From contig OX597816.1 in assembly GCA_951406725.2 (NCBI GenBank), positions 104,594,001 to 104,658,000 on the forward strand: 64,000 bases of DNA, given 5' to 3'. This DNA is from Octopus vulgaris. Taxonomy: Eukaryota. Below the pieces are notes generated by a model. That model worked only from the letters and a program-made list of their open reading frames with translations. It was not told where the DNA came from and searched no databases. The first letter of the stretch is position 1. Each line of letters begins with the position of its first letter. Positions 26,231 to 40,561 of this stretch are shown here, one piece after another. The position numbers and the translations under genes were made by a program.

Positions 26231-27272
26231 AAATTGCTCAGTTAATTACGTGGAAAATTTACCACTTTACCGAATTGATTTTGGGTAAATTTCCCACTAA
26301 ATTATGATGGAAGTGCATGAAGTCATCAATTTCGGTCCTACTTTCAGGATTCCGGAACTCTGTAATAGAATGTTTTACTATGCTAACATACATAGCACCT
26401 GAAGCAATTAATGTAAAGGTTGCGCTTTCATAATGGATTAACCAATAAATGTTAATATTGTCATTATTTAAGCTCTCGACATATTAGAGGAGGGAGGTAG
26501 CCAAACGTCTTTCTGAGTATCTGAATTTATAAATTTATTGCATAAACATCTTTGAAAGATTTTCAGTATACCATCTAGAGCTTTTTGATATCCTTTTATC
26601 TTCCAACAGACTAAATTAATGATTTTTCCCATCACAATATCATTAATAGAGCAGATTGTAGCATTATTGAAATTAAATTGGAGAAAACTTGTTTGTTCTC
26701 GAAGGGCTTTTCTGGTCCGTACTTCATATGGAAACAGTAAAAGTGTTGGTGCGGCTGTAGCTCACCTTGATGTTACTTTTATTACATATCTTATGGGATC
26801 TACTGTCTATTAGCAAAAGCTTATTTAAGTTTTAGAAAATCTCTATTGAATTATTTAAATGGTTGTACCAAATATTTCGTTTAATATTTTTGCCTTTATG
26901 AATATTAATGTGGTATTGTTTATGAAAAAATAAGTGGCATATCAGAGTTCATGATAAATTCCACCACTAATAACAGATGCTAAGTGGATTTATAAATGAC
27001 CAACATGAAAACTTTGGTGAGCTGTATTGAGCAACTGTATTCTACGGACGTGAATTCGATATGATATTCCATGAGCATCTGTGATCGACTTTATAGAGGT
27101 AAAAATATACCCATCTTATCAAATCCTCTATTCAAATTAGACTTGAAAATAAGCAAATTGGAAATTTTAAAAAATATTATTTTCTTATGCAATGTGTTGT
27201 ATGTCATTATGTAATGCTATATTTATGTGTAACTTACTTCTTTTAGCAACAATCCACACAAAGACACACACA

Positions 27273-27318
<46 letters not shown>

Positions 27319-27399
27319 TATGTAAGTACTTATTATAAAAAGAAATCAACCAGTTACCAAGTGCATTGCAAATAAAATATGCAGAATTATAGTAAAATT

Positions 27400-27915
27400 A
27401 CGTAAAACTTTTCTCAAGTTGAAAGAGGCTGCTTGTGATTGTTATCCATATTTCAAAGATGGAGCTTTGCATCCTCGTTAGATGTACGTATGCATGTACG
27501 TTCGTACATACGTACATAATCCAAATTACAAGTTCAGGTTTATACCTGTAATTATTGGGGCACTGGGATATGTGACACACTGCCAAAATACCAATCTTGA
27601 GAAATTAGGCTTCTCAAAACCAGAAAGGAGAAAGCTGATTCGAAGACTAAAGATCCAATCCATCACTGGAACTGTAAAAATCTGCAAAACTTTTCAAAAG
27701 ATTATCATTTAAGTATATATGAGTATGCCTAGACATGATACTATATGCATGAAAATACACATAAAATCATACAAATCTGCACATGAACATACATGCATAC
27801 ATACATAAAAAAAACCTGTTGAAGCTGAAATTCCATTGAAAGAGACTTGAATCGCGGTTAGAAACCGCTCTTTCTCTATTGACAAGACGTTTTGAAATAA
27901 AACTGAATAATGACA
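27400..27915 (+). pseudogene. 3' end of an REL-type (R2/R4/NeSL group) non-LTR retrotransposon with 3' UTR
   Basis: ORF 27482-27712 FIPVIIGALGYV..NLEKLG..QSITGTVKI matches the P..IGALG...GT..I C-terminus of REL elements. Confidence 0.7.
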
Positions 27916-29180
27916 TACATACGTAAGTACATATGTACTCACATATGAAAGCGTGATGAAATTTAAAAAAAGACAGTTCTTAAAGAGTTGGACGGCCGCA
28001 GGATGCAGATTATCTGGCATTTTGTCCACATTCGCCTCTTTGCTTAAAACAGCTTTCTCCCTTTGTGATCTGTAAAGTTAGCATCTTTATGTATTTCTCC
28101 TAAAACAACCCGCAAAACTGGTCTTGAGAGCAAAACGTTATTTACCAATTCATTGACCGTAATCCAGATGTTTGACCAAAAGTATTCCAATTCTAACCAT
28201 CACGAATTTTCCAATGTATATGTAACTCAGGTTCACATTATCCAATGCACCATTTTTTATAACGATGGGGTAGGTTTAAAGGATATACTGCTGCTATTTC
28301 TAGCAGGATTAACATCCACCTAGAGCTTCCCTCGTTGAATCAAGTAAGACCATGTTGTCGTATAGTGTTAATACTTTAGTCCAAATTTTTCCATCGATAT
28401 AATCAAGTGATCACAGTTGAGGATATTACAGTATTAAAGATATTATGTTCCTAACGAACTTGCCAACATTTCTATGGCCATTAAAAGTAATTTTGTTTCA
28501 TTTCAATTTCAATACCAGTGAAAAGATGGGATTGCATTTTTTTAATGTCTCTAAATAATCTATTGTAAATCTATCGGTTATTTGATTCAAAAAGGTTAAT
28601 TGAAAGTATGAAATCTAATAAAAGTTCTCGACGTTCAAATCAACATTTTCTTCTAAATCTCGCAGAACAAGCACAGTCTCTTATCGCACTAATGTCTATG
28701 GTAGACTTTATTGCTATCGGAAGATGGTGAATTACAGAAAGTTAAAACCACCCCCGAAGTTAAACAAAGAATTTATTCATCTACACTTGCTTTATTGACA
28801 ACAAGTTCGTTCATCAATAAGTTAGAAATATTAACATGATGACTAAAATACAATTATATGAAGTCATTGTAAATATAATAGCTTATTGGCAGACATTTCA
28901 TGAGATATGTCATCACTAACTGCTGATCCTATGAGAGAATACTAAATTCATACTCAAAATGATATTAGATATGAAAGATGAATCGATATGTTAGTATATC
29001 TCCGAACCATGTTGGTTAATTCACAAATACTTTCTGAATGTACTCGGACAGAATCCCACTTGAGAATAATATTTATTTTAGTATGGTCAATACAGATATT
29101 ATCTACATAATTCAGGAAATAGTATCCCAACTAGCCTATATATATATATATATATATATATATCACATACATACATACAC

Positions 29181-29345
29181 ACGATGGGGTGCTGCTGAAA
29201 AGTTTCTGGTCTGAAGTAACAGAAAATACGGGAGGATCAGTTAATTATGATTGTGTTCAACATACTCCACTCTCAGATGCACACACTTATTGTAGCTGTC
29301 TTTCAGAAGATTGGGCCTCCGACCAAACCTTTTGCGACACCCTTA
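29181..29345. mobile_element. Mariner-like MITE remnant
   Basis: Ends ACGATGGGGTGCTGCTGAAAAGTT and AACCTTTTGCGACACCC are imperfect inverted repeats. Confidence 0.4.
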
Positions 29346-29525
29346 AAGCCATGGTATATTCTGTTAAGAACGTAGTAGAGTAGAGTATAAAGCTCACGCA
29401 CCTTCAGATTTACCCTGTGCTATTTAGTAGTAGTATCATACGAACTTCCTGCCTATTGACTCCACTCTTTTCAATTATACACACATACACACATTCACAC
29501 ACACATACGTATATATATATATTGT

Positions 29526-29862
29526 TATATTTGGTGTTCACTTGCTTCAGCTTTATTTCATATTAATTATATATCGGCCACAGTTCTTTCGTCACACGTC
29601 TGTAACCTCATCACTGGTTCTTTGCCTTCTTTCTTTTTTGCTTCTCCCCTTACGAACAACGAGCTGCCATTTTGTATTCCTGTTGTATCTGTCTTATTTT
29701 TACAATAGGAATAGAAAATGGCAGACCGTTAGTGAGGAGAGACACAAAATAGAAAGAAGGAAGCAGAGGACCACTGATGAGGCTACAGAAGTGTGATGAA
29801 AGAACTCTAGCCGAAATACAAATAATATGAAATAAAGCTGAAGCAAGCGAACACAAAATATA
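29526..29862. mobile_element. Inverted-repeat element (~115-bp arms) with hammerhead-like core
   Basis: 29526-29640 reverse-complements 29746-29862; right arm CTGATGA GGCTA...TAGCC GAAA (29774-29816). Confidence 0.75.
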
Positions 29863-30029
29863 TAGTGCGTGTGTTTTCGCTGTCTAAACTGGTAACATGA
29901 TGCAACAATACAACAATATAGGTTTCAACACACGAATTCACATCAAGAATCTTGCAAAACGAATATATATACGTTATATATATATATATATATATATAAA
30001 GACAAGCGTGCATATACTTAAAACAAAAT

Positions 30030-30268
30030 CAAAGTTTCTCTTCAAGTCAGTCTCATAAGGCATTTTACCAGATTCTGTGATGTATATATTTCCACCCACT
30101 GAACAGGACGCAGGTCCGTCACAGGATTTTTCTAATTTTTGCGGCCCTGAGTAGATTGGAGCACTGTAAAATGAAGTATTTTCTTCAAAAATACAGCGCA
30201 TCGCCCAGTCTAGGAATCGAAGCCATAATCGTATGTAGAACACCCTCAACTAGTAAGCCACATGCCTA
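30030..30268 (-). mobile_element. Diverged tRNA/CORE-like SINE (family D)
   Basis: Reverse complement AGGCATGTGGCTTACTAGTT...GCTTCGATTCC...TGCTCCAATCTACTCAG; related to 36027-36260. Confidence 0.55.
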
Positions 30269-30294
30269 CACACACGCGCCCATAAGTTTAAATT

Positions 30295-30343
<49 letters not shown>

Positions 30344-30481
30344 CGGAGATTTACTCGCGTACCAAGTGATTTGATCTGAGATCGTGTGCTGGAACGAAAA
30401 CAATTGCAGTGTGGAAGGTGTTTGTAAGCCATTTAAGAAACACACAAAAGCCGTTCGATTCACTTCAACATTTAAGTTTAA

Positions 30482-30531
30482 TTTGTCAAAATATTTTCGT
30501 CGCTAAAATCCGCGACCTGTTCACTGACAAA
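30482..30531 (-). ncRNA. Hammerhead ribozyme-like motif, G3:C8 variant (mirror copy)
   Basis: Exact reverse complement of 30554-30603. Confidence 0.65.
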
Positions 30532-30553
30532 AATCCGTGCTGTATCTCGGATT

Positions 30554-30603
30554 TTTGTCAGTGAACAGGTCGCGGATTTTAGCGACGAAAATATTTTGAC
30601 AAA
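30554..30603 (+). ncRNA. Hammerhead ribozyme-like motif, G3:C8 variant
   Basis: TTTGTCA GTGAACA G GTCGC ggatttta GCGAC GAAA ATAT TT TGACAAA: 7-bp stem I, 5-bp stem II, palindromic AATATT stem III. Confidence 0.65.
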
Positions 30604-30680
30604 TTAAACTTAAATGTTGAATTGAATCGAACGGCTTTTGTGTGTTTCTTAAATGGCTTACAAACACCTTCCACGCTGCA

Positions 30681-30734
<54 letters not shown>

Positions 30735-30789
30735 TACATCTACTTGGGATAGATAATGAATACAGTGCAGAGCAGGAACGTTTAATTGG

Positions 30790-31080
30790 AGTTCCTTTGC
30801 CTTGTTTACAGATGTACTCAAATGACACGTGTGCTTCGGAGAAGAAGGAAGATCAACGTCTGGCTACAACACAGTACACCCGTACTGATCTACGTTATGA
30901 TTATCGTTGCGGGATCATATACGAAATTAAATAATTTGAGAACTTAGCAGAGCGAACAATGTGATTACGAAATTTCGAAATCGCTGCTGTGCCGGACATG
31001 TCGAAAGGCTCACGAACAAGCCACACGCAGTTGTCAAGTGGTATCTCAAAGATCAGAAGAGGTTACACGAAAGATCCATT
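30790..31080 (+). pseudogene. RTE-like LINE C-terminal relic
   Basis: RNRCCAGHVERLTNK and VVKWYLKDQKRLHERS resemble W.GHV.R...V..W.P...KR..GRP. Confidence 0.5.
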
Positions 31081-31278
31081 TAAGAATAGGAAGTTTACAT
31101 AATAGAAAAAGCGCTTCTGTTCCTAATGGGAGACCACAATCAGGGGGAAAATAGAAATGCATTATGACCAGTGATAGCGTATATACAGCAGAACAATAGA
31201 TGAATACATGAGTACATGCATATGTGTGTAGGTACTGATATGCATACACACACACGTATGTATAAATATATCTATGTA

Positions 31279-32230
31279 TTAGTCTGGAAAGAAAGTCATG
31301 TTACATATCATGATGAGAAAGAAACAAGAGCGTTTGTTGGTCTTTATTTCCCCTCACTATTTCTAACATAATAATACCAGCTATTTGGCAAATTGTTGAT
31401 TTCTTGGGCGAAAAATTCTTTAGGTTTCGTTGTAAAGAAAATTTCATTATAATATTTCAACCACTTCACAATTAATAAACTGTTTTCGTTGAAAATATTG
31501 TTGCAAAGATCTGATATTATCGTCAGATGAATCAAGCTCAACAGAGTAGGGGTAAGAGGAAAAACCTCCATATTTGGAGTCATAGTCTTTTCCTTGATGA
31601 CTTGGGTAATGTGTGGCCTTGCGTTATTGTGTAAGTGCAATGGAACTTTACGACTGACCAATGACACACGCTTTTTCTTTGACGACAATAACACTTCGAA
31701 TTGTTTTCATGAAAGACTACACCCTTTATATTGCACCAAACACAGATAATAACTGTTTCTGAGAGTAGTACTGGTTTGGGGATTAGTTTTTTCTTCTTTG
31801 TTCGATGCTAACCATTGTAGTTTTCGTTTGATATGATTATAGAAGACCATTCTCACCACTTGTGACAATTCAACCATAGAAAGAGTTGATAGCAAATTTA
31901 TGCTTCAATGACGACAAAGAGCAGGTCTTGGATTTATCAGAGAATCAGTCAGATGATGACAGACAATTGACAAAGCTTACATATTATTCCTTGTTCATGA
32001 AGGTGTGTTATGATTGAAGTATGACTTCAATTGAACACTTTTTCTAAATCTCTGGCAGTTTGCTTTAGATTTTGTTCCACAGCGATTTTCAAAAACTCAA
32101 TATTGACAAAAATTTGTCATCTCAATAGAGGAGAGTCTTAAGAAGAAAAATGTCCTGAGCAAGGCTGGCCAAATTCGGACACTTTCAGTTTCATATTCAG
32201 ACAGAAAGAGTATTTATTGCTGTTCTTATT
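31279..32230 (-). mobile_element. Decayed mariner transposon
   Basis: Minus-strand FYNHIKRKLQW, VWCNIKGVVFHE and LHNNARPH (cf. LHDNARPH) motifs; TA plus TIR-like TTAGTCTGGAAAGAAAGTCATG at 31279. Confidence 0.8.
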
Positions 32231-32250
32231 ACCAAATAGTCTCTTTTGAT

Positions 32251-32480
32251 TTCGAGGAAATTGAACTGATGCTATACCCAGCATATAGTCCGGATGTAGC
32301 TCCCTCGGATAATCAGTTGTTCCGATCTATGGCTCACTTCCTGTGCTCGCGATGCTTCATCAACCAAGATAGTTGGCTTCAGATGTTGCAACACGATGGT
32401 TTCTACTTAGAATGCTAATTTGCTTTTATTGTAACTTTTACGTTATCAAACTATTGCAAATCTTTTGACATAGCAAAATA
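32251..32480 (+). mobile_element. Mariner transposase C-terminal fragment with right end
   Basis: Frame 32251-32418: FEEIELMLYPAYSPDVAPSDNQLFRSMAHFL...WLQMLQHDGFYLEC* (YSPDLAPSD motif). Confidence 0.8.
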
Positions 32481-32763
32481 GTAACCATATAGTTATATGT
32501 TAAATCCAAGCATCATGATAATCAGAGTAGGAGGATATAAATTCTTAACTGTTAGAAATATAAATAAAATCGAAATAAAAATATAATCACAACTGAAATT
32601 TTTTCTAGCTTGTTAGATCACTTGTGTATTTCAGCATTACAAAGAGCCTCAATTTACCTTAGCTTTAAACTTCCTTCAATTCGAGGGAGCACCGTCATGA
32701 TCATTTTACACTTGATAGTGGTCAACCCTCTCCACGTCTGACTACGGCTGACTCTTTTCCCAT

Positions 32764-32805
<42 letters not shown>

Positions 32806-34839
32806 GGAGAGAGAGTGTGAGTGAGACGGACAAGAACAGATAATGAAACAGTATAAGACTGGTAATTTATTTATTGACCGCTTGTATGGGAACACAGAGT
32901 ACAGATATACGGGACGACTATTACATGGCAAATAATTCGAATCTTTAACGACTTGCCAGATCGCTGCTTTATCTTATATAGTACGTTATAAGTTAATCCT
33001 TTTTAGCCGAGTACATCAGCGTACAGTACATTCAGCAGTTTGGCAATAGCTAGTATCAGAGGTGGTCTGAAGAGTGGAAGGAAAGTTAATGTTGTTGCTT
33101 TTCTAAAGAACAAACAATGCCAATGAAGTGGAAGAGTGTCAGTCCGGTGGGAGAAACGATTCCGCTTGCCAACATATTTCACCAGACGCTCATCTCCATT
33201 GTATGCCGCTCACCAAAATAACTGTAATTCTGCGATATTTCAGCCTAACGAGGAAAGATTATATTTATACAAATTGTAACTGATGTAGTTTACGAAAAAT
33301 AAACAGACAGTTTGAATATTTCACGAATCTTTTCTTGTCTTATTTAACGAAAAACATTGATTCTCACATATAAACGCAGCATTTACTTTTGTTATCGGTT
33401 ATTGAGAACAGAAGTCGATGATTTTCTTTTAAGCCATGAACAATTTTTATTCTCATTAATGTTTTTCCATTTCTGTGGAAAATGACGCCATTAATGTTTC
33501 ATATCATTAGCTGTAATTACTTTTTATTTATTTATTTATTTTTTTGTATAACAAACAACAAACTGAAGGAAGAAAAAAAATACTCAACAAATATAGCTTC
33601 ATCTACTGGTTACTATTATTATCTATATTATATAAAGTGCCGATAATGAAGATAATACCAGCACCATCATCATCATAATAATCAGCGTGCAACAAAAGTA
33701 ATAACAACCGTAGTAGTAGTAGTAGAGGTAGTTGTGTATTGTTTATTTAATGCTCCTGTTATATCATTATTGTTAGTTGCTGCTATCTTATTCTTTTCTT
33801 ATGCATTTTAATAGGCCCGCCTTTTAGCAAGACAGAGAAAATACAGAGAGTGAGCTACAGAGAGGGAGAGAGAGAAAAGATAGTGAAAGAAAGCAAGAAA
33901 GAAAGAGTGGGAAATGTGTGTGTAAGTGTATGAATAATTAATAGGATTTGTTTATGCGTGGTGGGGATTGAATCACTCAAACACAACTGCCATTCTCACC
34001 CTTTTTCATTATATATAGAACTTGCTTTAAGACGCTATCTTTGTTTCAGAAGATGCTATGATGCTGCTAAGATTTAACAAAGTAAAACAGTAATGGTGTC
34101 AGCCTTTCATATTTCATTATAACATCCATCTTTTCTTTTTATTTCATGCCATCAAATAAGGGAACTTCGTCTACCATTTATTTCTAAATGATCGTACGAT
34201 ATTTTAAATTAGACGACGGATTCTTCGTTCTTTTGTCAATCGAACGTCTCCGAAATATTACTTCAGCGTTCTGGCTCAAAGTACTTCGAACCCTTACGGA
34301 AGATCGGAAAGAGTTAATGACTCTAATTATGAAAATCTTCTGATGAAACAGGTTCAGCAGTAATTTTATCAACATCATAAACAATTCTATATGTGAATGC
34401 TTGTGGCTAATGCTGATTTCATAGTATTTGCTTTACAACATCTAAACGCCAACAATTTCATCCTTGAGCTTGAGGTCCATAATTATCCGTGGAATTCGTA
34501 GACGGTCGCTTCCTCGAATGTGTTCCTCTTCAGGGTGATAGGGTTGAGTACCAGATAGCTGATCTAAACTACCTATATTTAATCTCAACTAACATAATTA
34601 ATTGCAGTCAAAGACGTCCTATAAAAACTGCCTGTACCTCTAATATCCTCTGCAAAGACTTCATCTTGGAGCAAATTCGACCAAACGAGGCATCACGAAA
34701 ACATTCTAAGTAGGACTTGGAAAAGGACCGCCTATCATTTGAAGTTCAGTTAGGGACAGCTAAATCAACAGGGCAATATTTTTTTCAATATATACTCATA
34801 TGATGATTTCAACCCACAGCTTCAGTTAATTAGCAATTT

Positions 34840-35130
34840 ATGCAATTCCCCCAGTGTTAACAGCTGTGTGTTGTACAATATTATTGGGAGTATTTTCTCC
34901 GAAGAAATAAATGAGCGTTAAAGTTGTATTTTGGATCTGCCAATTTTCATGCAAAAGCGGAAGAGACTGACACATATAGTTATGTAGTACTACATACACA
35001 TAACCACGCAGTGCGGTCACAGCTGAAATACCTTTGATCATAGGTCTGCTTGATTAGAGTTGACCTGGAGATAAACAACATTAGCATTGAAAACAACAAT
35101 GTTGAGCCAGTGACAGGATATGAATTGTTC
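34840..35130 (+). pseudogene. Possible CR1/jockey-group LINE relic
   Basis: LLGVF and VRSQLKY (cf. LGV.F, VRP.LEY); highly decayed. Confidence 0.3.
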
Positions 35131-36026
35131 ACATGTCTAACATAATCGTCTCGTTGGTTACATCGATTCACTGCTTTCCTGTCAACTGGAAATGTTCGTC
35201 ACTTTCAATAAATCAATAGATCACACATGAAGATGTGCTTAGAGGATACGTCAGCCCGTGTGAGTAAATTCATTGCCCAGACTATTTACTATGGATAGGA
35301 AATATCGATATAAATAGGTGGTGAGATTTTATTCAATGGCAACATGTCTGTACACTATTGAAGCAAAAACAATATACGTAAATTGAGGCTTGTATATGTT
35401 TGTTTTTGTTTTCACGAAACCAGAAAACAGATCAGCAGCGTAATGGAAGTAAAAAATCTACCCGTATGTACTTGTCCCTTTTTGTGATATCATTGATTTC
35501 TGGGGGTAGTCTTTGTCCTGTTTCACATCTAGTATTTTTTTGCACTGTTTTACTAATATTTTTAAAGTGTTTCAGCCCCTTATACAAGGTAAACAAAAAT
35601 TATAGCACAGATCAAGGAACCGGTGTGAAATAGTGAAGAAGAGTAATAAAGAAATAACTGAAACTGGGACTGAGCAGTTGTAATTATATTTTCCATAATA
35701 TAGGGAGTTTATAAAAATAGCTCTATGCAATATATATATATGTATCCCTTAGATTTTGTATAACGTCGATTTACTTCGTCACTGACAGAAACAATCAAAT
35801 TGCATGAAACTAATATTCGGTAGTTAAGTCAATTTTATGATATATTTTTGATATAGAGCAATTTAATTTCAGTTCTAACAAAATCATTCACTTTTTGCTG
35901 TGACAAGAATGCAGTTTTTTATTCAACAAGATAGGTTATACATTAAGTAACTAAATAAATAAACCTGTAATCAATGCAATACTTACAAAAATTAAAAATT
36001 TCCGGTTCACTGTCTCATATCATATA

Positions 36027-36260
36027 AGGCACATAACCAAATGAATAGGGGTTCGGGCTCGCGTCGTAAACTTGCGAGTTCCATTCTTAGACAGGATGGT
36101 GCCTTTTTCCTTTTCAAACTCAATATCAGGTTTCTTCCAGTCTATGCAGCTGAAAGGAGAACAAACCTTGTGTTAGTGCCTTTTTCTCTCCATTCAGCCG
36201 TCACATTATGGACGCTTCATTGGTCATTGCAAGGACAGTTGAAAGGGTGATTGTGCCAGA
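36027..36260 (+). mobile_element. Diverged SINE (family D)
   Basis: GAGTTCCATTC B-box remnant and TTCCAGTCTATGCAGCTG core. Confidence 0.4.
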
Positions 36261-36278
36261 TCGTGAACATTATTACCA

Positions 36279-37036
<758 letters not shown>

Positions 37037-37349
37037 AAACTATAGCGGCGCACATACACTTTGGTGTCTTATATATATATAATCGAACAATATATTACTG
37101 TTTATGACATATAACTGGTCAAAATTATACTGTCGGCAAAATATCGACTATGGCACTTGGCAATGTTAACATCTCTTAGGCGGCGAGCAGAATCATAAGC
37201 ATTTTAGTATTTTCTGATTTGTGAGAAGTTCTAATTGTTGATTTTCATGTTTATTCACTGAAGAAAACGGTTTTTTGCATGTTGTAACACTTTTGTTCAT
37301 TAATAAAGAAGTCGTCTAAACCAGGTGTAGTAACCAGCAACCCATCTGT

Positions 37350-37400
<51 letters not shown>

Positions 37401-37970
37401 CTGTTATGATATATATATTTATATATATTATGTAATATAAAGAAGCTTCTCCACTCTGACTCTCTTAAATATTTTTCCTTACACAAACATAAAAGTATAC
37501 ACCATAGCACACTAAGCAATGCCTTGTGTAAAGATTTATTCTTTCTTCACGACGTTTCCTCTTTCATAACATGTAAAATAGCTTTGACTTACAAACTCTG
37601 GCGTACGTCTGTATATTCTCAATCGTTATAATTTTGCATATGTAGTAATACCAACAGGCAGACATATTCCACTTATGCAACAATACACATGTTTTAGTTC
37701 TACTTTTATGAGCTAAAGAGTCGGCTTTAACACTGTCAAATCTGAATCTGGTGAGTATTCCCTCTAAATATGCTTACACGAGTAAAATGGCATGCCGCAT
37801 GTATGTATGTTTGTAAGCATATATATGTATTTGTACGTAGGTATCTGTAGGCATGTCTGTGCTTAAAATTGTGCTTGGCTTATGGTATGTGTATGTGTAA
37901 TGTAACTGATCAACGCTTATACACACATGCTCACACACTCATATTCTAACATATGTACACGCGAATATAT

Positions 37971-38050
<80 letters not shown>

Positions 38051-38339
38051 CTTTATATTTCCTGAATAAATATACATAAATACATACATACATATATCCG
38101 TGTGTGTGTGTGGGTACGTGTGTGTGTGTATATATATGTATGTATGCATGTATGTAAGTATGTATGTATATATACTCCTCGTATGTATTTTTCTCGAACG
38201 AATAAAATAGGAGTACACTACACATATTTTAAAGGATACAGTACTTTAATGAATCTGCAAGCTGACAGTTTGCCTCAGATTTCAAGTTTCATGCCACTTC
38301 GCACCTCCGACGAGAACTGTTACAAGTCGGTATTAGAGT

Positions 38340-39290
38340 AATATTTATATAGTATGATCTAATGTCTGTATTTGTCCATGACCTGGTTGTTAATTCTTAT
38401 TCACGGAGTACTGTTTTTCTCTCCTTTTCATTGTTTGTTTACGCTATTTCTGTGACGTATTCGTAATTTTAGCAATTGTAAGCTCTAGGATGCATTATCA
38501 ATTTCTTCAGAATATGTTGTTTAAAACATATGTGTGGTCAAAGTTTTGCAGAAAGTTGTTTATGAATGGGTATTTAAAAAAAATTAATTAAAAACATATC
38601 TATTAGCCATATCCCTAACAAATGGTGGCTTTCACAATTTACTGATTTGGGGATTGGTTTGAGAGTAAAAAGCATTAAATCTTTTATGGAAGTTTGTTTT
38701 GCTTGCTTAGGAAGAGTCATCTATTGGCAGTTTGTATTTCGTTAGAATTTTGTTTTTTTAGAATTTTATTCATAAAATATTTTTAGTCTCTATATATTTC
38801 TGGCAGGTTGTAGTCATTTTTCTTTGGTATGATATTGTTTATACCTGAGATGGGTGTTACATTTTACCAGAGGCTATAGGACTATAAATCGTATGTATGT
38901 AGATGGGTGCGTTTCTTTATGAATGTCTATGGTTTGTGTTATCTGTGAAACTAAGGACTTATCCATCGTTGGTTGGTTATGTTCTTATGAATGGTACTAT
39001 TGTAACCTAATGGTTCTGGTGAATTCAATTTTTGCTATGATTAATTAAGATTTATTATTTGTGTTTGTGGTATTTCTGTGTGCTTGTTATGGCTACAATA
39101 GAAGTTTGTTTGGTGTGGTATGGAATTTTCGCTATCTTGTTTTGAACGAATATGTGTATGTGTGAGTGCATGAGTATACAGTGTGTGATATGTCCAGTGG
39201 TCTATTTTTGATTGCCTTCTTTTTCGTTTAGGTGCAAATGCCTAGGCATACTATGTTTATATATGTATTTTATAAATTATACTGGATTAG
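38340..39290 (-). pseudogene. Possible Penelope-like relic (linker region)
   Basis: Minus-strand KPPF...FLQNFDHTYVLNNIF*RN resembles PLE NPPF...FL...H.L..IF.RN; extent uncertain. Confidence 0.3.
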
Positions 39291-39648
39291 TAAGCATATT
39301 CATAATACAATATCTCACCTACAAATTTAAGAGAATAAAAACCACTTCGCAACATGAACATAAACAACATATTAATTGGTAAGAAAAACACTATCTTATC
39401 GATAAAAAGTAAAGTCTACCAATGAATAAACTCAGGCAGTAGAATATTAATTACACAACCAATACCAATTTGTAAGAATTGCAATCTGTAGATCGCAAAG
39501 GATGAAACTCGAGTCACAAAAAGAAAATCAGTTTCGGTTTCAGTAAAAGATGTATGTGTGCGCGCGCGCGTATGAACGTGTGTATGTGTATAAGTTTGTA
39601 GGTATATATAGAAGCATGAATATAGATATAGATATAGCTATACATATT

Positions 39649-39725
<77 letters not shown>

Positions 39726-39753
39726 ACATGTACATGTAAATGAATATTTATAC

Positions 39754-39814
<61 letters not shown>

Positions 39815-40133
39815 ATGATATGCATGTATGTTTAGAAGCATATATGTATGAATATTTGCATGTACTTCTGATAAAATAATATACACTCCCAAGACTCGCC
39901 TTCAGTAACGAACTTAATGTCTTTCTGCATTCAAATTTACAACAGTGAACTGTTGTGAGGTGAATCTCATCTTGGACAAAGGTGCTGGTCTATCACAGAT
40001 AACATTCCCAGATGATTGAGCACATCTCAAAATATGAATGAATATACGTCAAGTTGTACGTCCTTCTCTAGGAGATTGAAATTTTGTGTGTATATATTTA
40101 CGTGTGTGTATGTATGTGTATTACGTGAAGTGC

Positions 40134-40164
<31 letters not shown>

Positions 40165-40216
40165 AGCATGTATGTAAGCATGTATGAGTGCGTGTATGTA
40201 TGTCTGTGTGCATATG

Positions 40217-40257
<41 letters not shown>

Positions 40258-40317
40258 GTGTGTCTGTGTCTGTGTGCACGGGAATAGATGCAGCTGATGT
40301 GGGTATCTTTAAAAATA

Positions 40318-40465
40318 TAGAAATATATACTCTTACGTTATTTACATTATTTATATTTGACGGATATTTGTCCTTATCTTGTTTGTTTTTAACACAACGT
40401 TTCGGCTGATATACCCTCCAGGCTTTATGAGGTGTTGTATGGTTTCTCATTCCTAAGTTTTTTTA

Positions 40466-40561
<96 letters not shown>

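Larger units (their letters stand above)
30400..30685. repeat. Near-perfect palindrome: 138-bp arms, 2 mismatches, 10-nt loop
   Basis: 30400-30537 vs 30548-30685 aligned base by base; the insertion sits between (TA)n tracts. Confidence 0.95.

Noticed and set aside
38304-38339. Degenerate hammerhead CCGACGA-GAACT..AGTC-GGTA
   Set aside because: Several core changes; indistinguishable from chance without a consensus
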